Below are positions 53,535-64,000 of a DNA stretch of 64,000 bases, in pieces. Location: NCBI GenBank assembly GCA_000165425.1, contig CT868319.1, positions 372,001 through 436,000 on the forward strand. The letters are read 5' to 3'. The DNA is from Paramecium tetraurelia. Taxonomy: Eukaryota. A model generated the notes under the pieces. That model was given only the letters and a program-made list of their open reading frames with translations, did no database searches and was not told where the DNA came from. Within the stretch, counting starts at the first letter, position 1, and each line of letters opens with the position of its first letter. The position numbers and the translations under genes were made by a program.

Positions 53535-54269
53535 TCACTAATTTATCAACTATTCAGTTTATTGGTTCCCATCATCCTCTCCAGGAGTGTTATCATCTGA
53601 ATCAACTCAATTCGCATCATATACTTACTATCTACCAAAAGTACATTTGTATTGCATTATTTTCATCTTAGTTACATTACTAAAAATATGGAATCTATAA
53701 ACTTGGTCCATTGATTCTTCTCCACCCTTCCATACCATTCCTTATATTCAATATAAAATCTATTTTAATCTTGATTTATCAGATTTCTAAAATACTTCTT
53801 GGTACTCATTGCAAAGACCAGTAAATTGATGTAAATATGATTAATTTCAAAATCTATCTGTCTCTCTTAAAGCTGTCCTAGACCCTTCTAGAATTCATTT
53901 CCATCTATGCTTTTATCTTTATTAAAAGAACTCTGGTGTAATAGAGGGCTAAATTTTTGATTATTTAAATCCTTATAATTTCTCAAAGAAAAGGACTGAT
54001 CGAATTATATACATCTAAAAACCTGCCATTTTGGTTGTCTTATCACTCTATTTACACTTTTGGATAACAAAAGACTAAACCAGTATTCATTTTCTTTTTT
54101 TAGAACACTCTAATGCAATATTTAATTACAATGATTTCACAGGGATTCATTCATTCTTATACTCTTGTTGCAGTTTCCGATTGAATTGTGTAATTTTTCT
54201 AAGTTTTTAGAATTTAGGATTTAATCTATATCTCATCTAAAATAGTGAATTTTATCTTGAATTCCTCAT
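53535..54269 (-). CDS. hypothetical protein (uncertain exon structure)
   Basis: Coding-like segments (RFYIEYKEWYGRVEKNQWT; DSDDNTPGEDDG) joinable only by assuming several introns. Confidence 0.3.
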
Positions 54270-54575
54270 ATCTTAATCCAAAAAGAGCCAAAACCTTATT
54301 TTGATTCAATATTAAATGGAAATTTATATTGTATTAGATTTTGATATGATGACATCTAATGATGATTTCCATCTATTTTTGAAATTGCCTGTGTTATAAT
54401 TTATGTATTTCATGCCTTTGAAATATTATTTATCTTAGCGGATAGTGAAGCTATTCAATTTTTGGATACTGAAATGAATAAACTTATTTGTTGAGTTTAT
54501 ATCCGAAGACAATTAATTTAATGTGACAATTTCTTTAATATTAATTTAATATATATATAAATAAAATTAAAATAT

Positions 54576-55724
54576 TCACAAAACAGTATCATCATTTCTT
54601 GCACTTTCAAATTAATCATAAGTATTATTGTAATAATTCTGCTTATTTGTGAAGCTTTTGCATATGTTTTTATTTCTGATAAATAAAAATATTGCAATAA
54701 TGGCTGATAGAAAATAGATTATGGTTTTGTGTTATGTAAATGATTCGTAATTAGAATGAGCGTATCTCAAAATGATGTAATTAATTAGAACAACGGCATC
54801 GTAGTTAATGTATTTAATTGTCCGTGATATCTTTGGATCGATTTCTCGAAATATGTAAATGAATATGGTAAATTACACGATAAATATGATTGGGATGAAT
54901 ATGGATGCCACCAAAAATACTGCCAATTAATCAAATAGGAACAGCCCACTGATAGCAACATTCAATATCAGAAGTGACTCGCTGGTATATTGAATATGGC
55001 GAATTAATGGCAGGAAGTAGAAGGGGTATAAGAATAGGATGATATATCTTGCCAAGGAGGAGGTGAATGCTCCTACAAATGTATTGAGGTTGATTGTTGT
55101 TAACAGGATCTACAAGAATAGTATCAATATTATGACAGCCATGCGAGCAGTGCACAGATGTTTGATCACGATGAAGTAATTAGTTGTAGGCAATGACCTG
55201 CATCTTAAGCGTAAGGTTGATAAAGAGACTATGAGGAGGAAGAGGAAGTATTTGAAATATTTTAAATTCATGAATAGCTGAGCCAATTCAAGGTAACTCT
55301 TATAAATATAGATGAGTACTTCCCAAATACGTAGCAATAGGTCAGGGCTTGAACCGCTCTTTCTCTAAATAGATACAAAGTGTGACCAATGACTAATAGA
55401 ATCAAACTGTCATATGTCATTTTATAAATGCTAGATACAAAAACCACATGAGTTGTACTGCTTAGGAAGTAGATGCTGAATAGATTCATAATTACACATA
55501 TAAAGATGCACCATACCCTGCCTTTCATCCATTAATTGATAAATACCTATTTTCGCGAACATCAATCCAAATAGAATGGTGAGTAGCCACAAGTAATTAG
55601 GTTAAAGAGAGCTGTAAAAATCCATATCAACACTTCTGATTCGTAGATACATTGCTGTTAACAAAACAATCAAGTAATCTAAGAAAATATATTTTTTTCT
55701 TCTCCTTGTTATTGATTTTAACAT
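54576..55724 (-). CDS. multi-pass membrane protein (transporter-like)
   Basis: ATG 55724; two tiny introns give a continuous frame of about 10 hydrophobic segments ending ...ARNDDTVL-TGA 54576. Confidence 0.7.
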
Positions 55725-55757
55725 AATATTTAATATTTATTTATTAATTGTGAAAAT

Positions 55758-57001
55758 TCATAATTTGAATATATTAGGATGTTTAAGAATGCCTGTGGGA
55801 TTGGGTGATTTGCTTCTCGCTCTCGGACTGGCAGAGGGTCTAGCTTTACGAATATTTCCTTCTGATGGTATCTATAGAAACATTTGTTTCTGTTGAGCAG
55901 TTCTTTGATCTGTATTTACCCAAGGATGATATTCCACATCTGTAATACGATATCTTTATTCGTTGTTCTTCTCCAACATTTGATTCAACAAACCGATAAC
56001 TTCCTCACTCAAATTATTGGGTGGGAATTGCAATTCCTTGGATATTATGTTATTAATTATATCTTGTTGAGTTTTCCCATTGAAAGGAACATTCCCGAAC
56101 AACATTTTATACAATATTATCCCCATGGCCCAGATATCCACAGAAGTGCTCACTCTGGTCACTCTACCTGCAAGAATCTCGGGAGCCATGTAATGCAAAC
56201 TACCAATATTCACATGATCAGTATTTGTTGGACATTGAATTCCAGCTATACCAAAATCTATGGCCTTTAATTCATCCGAATCAGCTGAAACTGAATAACA
56301 AATTCTCCAATTTCAAGTCCCGATGAACTACATTCTTTTAATGACAATACGAAATTGCACAAACTATCTATCTGAAATATTTGCATGCCTCTTCCTCTGA
56401 AAATCTCCCTCCTTTCTACTTCAATCTATCACTCAACTCACCGCCTTCCAAATATTCCATTATCACAGCCATTTAAGTATTTTTTAATGCATATGAATTA
56501 TACACTTTTACTATGTTTTTGTGACTCAAAGAACGAAGAACTTCTGCTTCTCGAAAATTTAGTTCTATGTCCTAAGCATTTCCTATCATTTTTATAATCT
56601 TTATTGCAACCAATTCACCTGTGATCCTATGCTTAGCAAGTGTCACACACCCAAAACCTCCTTCTCCCAATTATTTTATCGTTTCATATTATGAGAATGG
56701 CGAATAAGGATCAAATTCATCTGAAATTCAATTACTTAATAATACCTCCTCGAGAAGCATAGAAAGATTATCCGTCCTTAAAAAACTTTACATCATCATC
56801 AAAGATCTCTACACCTTATTATGTAAACAACCTCATCTCCTTAAATTTCCCAAATCTCTAATCTAGTTGTGTTTAAATATCATTCCATGTTGTATTCTAT
56901 GCAATCTTCAAATCTGTGTACTTTGAAGAATCCCCATTCAAATATATACGAATGGCTTTTACAAAGCACAAAGGAAAATCATCATATTCTTCGTACATCA
57001 T
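55758..57001 (-). CDS. CAMK-group Ser/Thr kinase (one apparent +1 base near 56292)
   Basis: LGEGGFGCV, VAIK, HRDLKLEN, IDFGIAG, GSLHYMAPE, VDIWAMG. Confidence 0.88.
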
Positions 57002-57895
57002 AAGTTAATTAAATTTGTTTCAACAGAAATTTATTTTATCATCCCTTCACAACCTCCTCGCTGCTCCTCCTTACCACCCTTTGCCATCTTTACTCCTCAG
57101 TCCTGCCTTTATTACTTCCACTTTATATTCAAAAACAATTCAAATAAATCTCAAACCAAAATAACATTATCTATGTCTATCCCCATCATTTTGAGGGTAA
57201 CTCTTGACAATTATAGAATTTGAATAACAAAATTAAGACTTTTTTTAGATTGTAATATAAATATGAACTATTTTAACAATAAATCTATTTTTAAATCTAA
57301 TTACTAATAAATAGGACCTGATTTGTAAATCCTTAAATCATGATTACAAATCAATTTCCAATACAAAATTCAATTGAAAGAACTTCCAAAATTGAAGTGA
57401 TTCGCTCACTACAAAAATTAATCGTCTTAAATTGCCACTACAAAAACTTGATAATATTAGATTGATTTTGAATACACTTATTCAAGTTATTAAGACTTAG
57501 TTATTTCGATTAATAATGTAAAAAATTAAGATTATCGATATTTTAACAATTGATCTAATATATTAAAAATAATACCTCTGTTTATATTACTCAATTCATT
57601 AATCATCAATACAAAGCAAACTTATAACTTAAAAAACAATTTAGAATTAATAAAATTTGCAATTCAAAGGATGAAATTCTTTCAAAAATATATAGTAGAT
57701 CGTTCTAAAATCTAATAGCATTATAATTATATATTATATTGATATAGTATTAAATTCTTAAATAAATTGAATTAAATTTTAAATTATGAGAACTAAAGAA
57801 AATATATGAATCAAATTTTAGAAATCTTGTATTAATATAACAAATATTTAAAACGCCATGAAGATTTTATTATAGATTCATTAATTATGATACTT

Positions 57896-59450
57896 TCATT
57901 TTTATTAAACTTCTTGCTCCTAGTTCTCTTCACCATTTTTATGAAGAACTTCTATCATTCTAGAAATGATTTCTTTGAACTTTAGGTAATTTCCTTATTA
58001 TTTGGTAATTATCAATTTAATCATCTCATCTTCGCAATCAAAAATCTCTAGTTAAAATTAGATGGTTTCATTTAGAGAGTCTTCAGCTTCGAAGTTGATC
58101 TTAGAGTAATTATAATTAATATACCTTATATTTGGTTTCAGGGAACTTAACCACCTTGGAATTGAATACATCACAATGCTTTAACAAAAAGCAGAATACA
58201 AAATTTGGATCTTGATAAAGTAAGATTTCATTTGGTAATCCTGTAACAACACCTTTATTTAATATTTTTTTGTCCAAATCCAAGTTATATTATTCAATGA
58301 TAGCAGTGAAATTTTCTTGTTCAGTTTCTCCGACTATGCTCCTAAATTTGCCAACTTGATTTCCTAAGATATAAGGATGGAAATACTATTTGGCTTTGCC
58401 TTTTAGGTTTCTAGTTTCAGTTTGGTTGCCTAAGCCAAAGCTTTAATTTTTGCCAATCTTTATTGAAATTCATATTAAATCTACTATAGAGTAGCCACTG
58501 GTCCATTTGTCCATGGATGCTGCAAGCATTAATCTAAGGTGAATCTCTTATCTGGATCTGGAGCCAACATTCCTTCCATCAAGTTTCTAAAAAATATAAT
58601 TGATTTGATAGTACACGAAATCTTAGGTGAACTAAATGTTATGATTATTCTGACTATGGTTCATCCAGAATTTATTATTATTATTGGTCATTAAGTATTT
58701 ATAATAACCATCTTTTTCAGTAGCTCTTTCGAAGGGTGGAGTTCCAACATGAAGAATAAACATAATCACTCCAAAAGAAAATATATCTGCTTTGGTTCCG
58801 TTATATGGACGATTTGCCTCTAATTCAGGAGCCTAATATCCTAAATGTTATGAGAAGGATTAATACCAGGAGTCCCAAGAATTGTAGTTAATTTTGCTGC
58901 TTCCATTATTTTAGCAAATCCAAAATCAGCAATTTTAAGATTGAAATTCGCATCCAATAAGACATTCTCCAATTTCAAATCTCTATGACAAATTCCTTTG
59001 TTTTCCATAAAACTCATAGCAGACAAGAACTATCTAAAGTAATATCTTTAAGCTTCTGGAGCAAAAGGTCCAGAGGTTGCGACGTATTCATAGAGTTCTC
59101 CATTAGAGGCTAATTCCAAAACCATACAAACACGTGATTCGACTTATCCATTTTTTTTCTATTTAAATATTTGAGATATAATACTCTATAAAGATAAGCA
59201 TCGCCAAAATCAATGAGGTTGATTATATTAGGGTGATTCATTAAATTGAGAATTTTAATTTCATTAACAAGTGTCTTGATGTTTTAAGCTGTATTGTGCT
59301 TCTTCTTGAAAATTTTGATGGCCACTCGCTTTCCATCTTTCTCACCTAACTTGACTCTAGCAAACTTAAATAAAGAGATTACTTTGAATGATAGCCTTCG
59401 CCCAATTTCTCAATTATGTTGTACTCTCCACATTAGCTGTATTTTTGCAT
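57896..59450 (-). CDS. CAMK-group (AMPK/MARK-like) Ser/Thr kinase with C-terminal extension
   Basis: LGEGYHSKVK, VAIK, CHRDLKLEN, IADFGFA, LGTPGY..PE, ADIFSFG; multiple tiny introns; TGA 57896. Confidence 0.9.
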
Positions 59451-59662
59451 AATTTTTAATATATGTATAAAAATTAAATCTTATAATTTATATATATAGA
59501 TTTAAATGGTAAAATTATAGAATTTGCAATCATAAGATAAATTTTGAACTTATCATAGGGTTTAGAACTATAATTTATATTATTAGGTAATTGCACTCAA
59601 TTAATCTGAGTAACTAAGTAAGGCAACACTTCATTTTTGTCTGTTTCTTTAATCTTCGGTTT

Positions 59663-61000
59663 TCAGACTTAACCATAATATATTCTATTTATACCACATA
59701 ATACACAATTAAATAACTTCACGATGATAAAGGTGGTTGGCTATTTGATTGAGTTTTGAATGTGATTGCCTCCATTTCTTGTTCCTATGATCTCGAGGAG
59801 GACTTCTCTAATACAGATAAGTACAGAGGCATAGATTTTTTTATAAGCATTCTTAATACAACGTATTTGATATTAGTAGAATTATTACCAAGAGGAGCGA
59901 GAAGTATAGCATATTATTATTATGAGAAGTGCTTCGAAATTAATTCAATTTATCCCTTTCTAAAATTATTTTTATATCTTACAATAATAAATGGATTTAG
60001 CAATGCCAATTTAAAATGTAGTAATATCATAATGGATGTAATACTTTTACAAGAATACAATACCCAATACAAGCACATCAGTGTTATCTATATCTATCTA
60101 TTGCAAATTTAATAAGCATTTATGCTACAAATAGTAATTGTACTCACAACTCGCAATGTAATCTTGCGGTAAGAGCGTTAAACTAAGATTACTATCAATA
60201 TTAATATTCAATTCAGGAAATGATTATTCATTGTAGGAGCACACGATTTCATTGATTTAATTTGATGTTTCCTTTTAACAATTCAGATTATAATTCTCGT
60301 TAAAAATAGTAATTAGCTTATTGAATTTATCCCTTGATATTAAGATTTTTGGTTCTCCACTATCAAATACAATAATTTGGGAAGTTGACTCCAATATTTA
60401 CTTATTGTTTTTGCCAACAATTTAAACTGAAGAACCTTTTACCATCCATTATTATGAGTTGAGAGTTTTTACATATTGTAATTCATTGATATAGTGATGT
60501 TTGATAGGTTTTCCAAAAATTAAGATAGATGTCGGTTAACAATTCTATTCATTTAATAAAAGTCCAAATTACATCTCATCAATCACTTTGGAATCATACA
60601 ATTTCTTCAATAAATTATCTTCCTTTGACAGTTGTGATCTGCTTAATCCAATTGCACCATCAGTAATAATTGAATAGAAATAATCCACCTTTGATGCCTC
60701 AATTACTTACAAACTCAGAGATTGATTCATTAGTAAAAATGTTTGATTGTACTCAACTCCAAAAATTCTGCCTTATGAGTATTCCTTTGTTTCATTATGT
60801 GTTGGAATGCACTTCTCACATTGATAGTATGTCTTTCTATTGGAAGTCTTGCCGAATATCCACATTTCATCATTCCCAGTATCAATCAATAGATTGTAGG
60901 TTATATCATTTGCTTGGATGGGCATGCTATAATAATTGTCTTAGAGGTTTGTCAAATTGACCTCCAAGCAAGTGACTATGGGTATAAACAACATTATCAT
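59663..61000 (-). CDS. pepsin-family aspartic protease with C-terminal TM helix (3' end approximate)
   Basis: Signal-like start MIMLFIPIVTC; catalytic motifs LLIDTG and IVFDSG; DGAIGLS; VLGIVFLQKYYIHYD...IGIA; TM MLYFSLLLVIILLI. Confidence 0.85.
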
Positions 61001-61156
61001 TTTGTAATTAATTATAATTATATTTGGGGGTTCTCTACTACAATTTTTCCTATATCATAGATTTAATTTATTTATTTCTTTAAATTATAAATGATTGTCT
61101 GATTGTATTTGATAAATTAAAATTATTAATCACACTTTTTATAATTAATTTATCTA

Positions 61157-61611
61157 ATGTAAACTAAAGAGAATAAGTAAAAATTTGCGCTCATTTTTTT
61201 AGTTCCACTCTTTCTACAAAATATATCAGATCTGATGGTATTCGTAAGTTAAATGATCTAACCAATTACGATACTATACGATAATAGCAGAAAATGTAGA
61301 TGAAGCTTTCAATGAGCAATCAATATTAAAAAATTCTTGGAAGATTGCCAGATGCTAAGTTTTTTAATCCGAAATAAGAATCGTATGTCTCCTATCCTTG
61401 TTATAATGAGAAATATTTAAAGTTTCCTAAAGAAATTTTATGCAAACTAAAAAAAAGAGTAAAAATAAATTTATATCTTTAGACCTAAGATGATGATTGC
61501 GATACCGATGAAGAAGTGAAACAACATTCAATAAATCACAATGTCACAGAAATTATAAAATCATTATCTTCAATAAATAAAAAAGCATACAATGCATCAG
61601 ATTATTTATGA
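61157..61611 (+). CDS. small hypothetical protein with acidic DDDCDTDEE motif
   Basis: Two tiny introns yield a continuous frame from MQTKENN to ...NASDYL-TGA. Confidence 0.65.
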
Positions 61612-61890
61612 TTAATATTTTCTTAATTTAAATTAGAAGTATTATATCTCCTGATTTTGCTTTGCATTCCACTTTCATCCTCAATTATCTTACTGCAAAA
61701 TTAGTTAAAATATTTATATTCTATTCATTAATCCAGATTTTAAATTTATTTACCTAATTTTAACGTAATAATTCAAATTAATACTCATGTCAATCCAAAG
61801 CATGCTTGTATACTCTCAATAGCCAAATAAATGACTACTATTTATGACATTAATATATATTGCATATATAAAATAATAATTAACGAATAT

Positions 61891-62955
61891 ATGTGTTCAA
61901 AAGAATAATAAGAATCTAAAACTCTTAGAGATGAAGTATCACCATCAATCAGAGATTTCATCACCAATTTTAGAAAATAGCAAGCATAACTAGCAAAACA
62001 AAATGCATATCAGCAATCCATTTAAAAAAGCATTCCCATATAATAAATAACACAATTGCAATTTATTAGATAATCAGTTGATACTTAAACAGACCGAGCA
62101 GAATTATAATCAGATACATCTTTCAAAAGAAATTCAGCGTAAATCTCATAAAGATAAAATTCGACATTTTCTTAATCTTACTTGACTACTCGAGAAGTAC
62201 AAAAACAATGCGAATATAATTAAGCAAAACCCACCGATGATCTTCCATCAACAAGAGTGAATTTTCATCAACTTCATCAACACTATCTATCCACTTAATC
62301 AGAATTGGGTACTTAGAACATATCTCAATAATTACCTTTGATATACAGATCTCCATAAAAGTGTGAGGGTAATATCAATTATAACTAAATGACTGAACAA
62401 ATCAGAAACAAAGTGATATATGAATTAGATAAAAGAAACATAGAAAATAATTCATTTTCATAATAGCAATCTTAATCTAAGTCACTTTCTAGTTAAAAAA
62501 TGATTAATTTATCGCTTAATAATTAAACTACATCCTTGACGGTTATACCATAACCAAAAAGTGAAGATGAGGATTCCTTTATAAAATTTATGTATCCATT
62601 TATAACTGATATTCCCCTAGTTAAATGAATCTGGTCAATAAGAGCAAGGCGCATTTGGAAGAACAAGAAAATCGACCACCTTAATAGAGTCTTATGTAAT
62701 ACAACTCAAACATTACAAAGACTAAATAACAACATTTAAAATAGTCCATAAGCAAATAAAGAATTTCAGAATCCTTAAATCAGAATAGTAAATTTCAAAA
62801 TTATCGATAGGAGTAATAAAGAATAAAAGTTGTATCAAAGCAAATACAAATACGAATACTAAATCAAATGCACATTAAAGACTATATTAAGATGCATGTA
62901 TGAGATAGGAGAGAAAATCTTTGGCTATTACTAAAAGATGCAGATATTGAATTGA
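61891..62955 (+). CDS. hypothetical Gln/Ser-rich protein
   Basis: Ciliate-code frame MCSKEQQESKTLRDEVSPSIRDFITNFRK...CMYEIGEKIFGYYQKMQILN-TGA. Confidence 0.65.
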
Positions 62956-63104
62956 TATTTATATATAATACTACTACTATTTATTATTATTATGAATGAA
63001 TGAATTGATATAAGAGTTACTATTATTATTTATTTTCGAATTGAAATCATAGATATATAGTTTAATTGAAAATTAAGTGTAAAGACTTATTTATATTAAT
63101 AAAA

Positions 63105-64000
63105 TCATATGATATTCTCCATTTGAGATCTAACTGATTTAATAAATAAAGGATTGTCTAATTGTCTTCTATTGGCTGATAGCTATCTTTTGATTGGTTA
63201 CGATTATTTTAACTGTTAGGTTTTAATTTATTTATTATCAGAATTATCAAAGTGTTTTTAACTAAGTTATTTAGGCCTGGCTGAAAAGTGTTTTCCAATA
63301 GGAGGTAATTTATGATTTAAAATACTGTGTTCTTCTTCTTTTTGAATGACCCATTTTTTTGTTTCAGCAAGATGCAACGCCTTCTCCTCTGAAGAGAGAT
63401 TATTAAACAAGCCAACAAATTGAGGTTGATTATCGATGGGACACAAGTAACAATGTTCTTTCATTCTGTTAAGACAACCTTCATCTGCAATGTGACCGCA
63501 TTACAATAGTCTCAGTTACTTTGGTTTATGGCAGAAGGAACATTTGCTTTGTTTCTGGAATCCAGTGCCTACCAACATCAGTCCTCCAGTTTCATGATTA
63601 CCAGCATTTAAATTTTCAGGGAATATGAACATTAGCGATTCATACGAGCAATTGGCCTCAAATACGTATTTCTCAAGCCTCGTGTGTTTAAACATGAAGA
63701 TATGTTATTAATGGATCTTTTTACTATGACACTTATCACACAAATGATAATTGGGACATGAGATGCATGTATAGATTGTGCCGATGATAGGTGTTATTTT
63801 GCAATAACTACATATTTTGTTGTGAGTCTTGTGTAGGTTTTCAAATATCTTCTCTTCTTGTCTTATTTCAACCAAGGCAGTGTCACCCCAATCAACTCTA
63901 CACATGGGGCAATTTATCTTTTTGCCAGCTGTTTATTTTTGCATCACCCAGACTTTCATGCATTTGGCATGGAAATTGTTTCCACATTACTTTTTGCAAT
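63105..64000 (-). CDS. RING + ZZ zinc finger + RING protein (ZSWIM2/MEX-like E3 ligase), 5' end outside window
   Basis: CKKQCGNNFHAKCMKVW...CPMCRVDW (MEKK1/ZSWIM2-type RING), ZZ finger CSYCKITPIIGTIYTCISCPNYHLCDKC, degenerate second RING CGHIADEGCL...CPID. Confidence 0.8.

Noticed and set aside
54700..55260. Plus-strand gene suggested by GC-richer sequence
   Set aside because: Plus-strand frames are repeatedly stopped by TGA, while the minus strand gives a continuous multi-TM protein.

Overview
AT-rich, gene-dense ciliate macronuclear DNA, most likely Paramecium (aurelia-like). Reading frames stay open only if TAA/TAG encode Gln and TGA is the sole stop, and they are interrupted by tiny (~20-31 nt) GT..AG introns. 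The supplied standard-code ORF track therefore fragments nearly every gene; I re-translated by hand with the ciliate code, so some ends are approximate. Recognisable genes: 5' part of a Cys-periodic surface antigen, a TTLL6/13-like tubulin polyglutamylase, an IQ/DUF4378-like protein, a stand-alone NPC1 N-terminal-domain membrane protein, CDPK, an AGC kinase, a TraB-like protein, a hybrid histidine kinase, RPS26 and RPL21, proteasome beta-1, further kinases/pseudokinases, a short CEP19-like protein, a CaaX microprotein, an aspartic protease and a ZSWIM2-like RING/ZZ protein. The most unusual region is a ~17 kb cluster (32.2-49.5 kb) of six paralogous coiled-coil genes that appear to share modules in mixed combinations: two alternative N-terminal heads (one CBM20-like), shared rod blocks (one a near-identical inverted copy) and one C-terminal membrane anchor. 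A 617-nt N gap lies inside the cluster. I saw no tRNA, rRNA, CRISPR or transposase.
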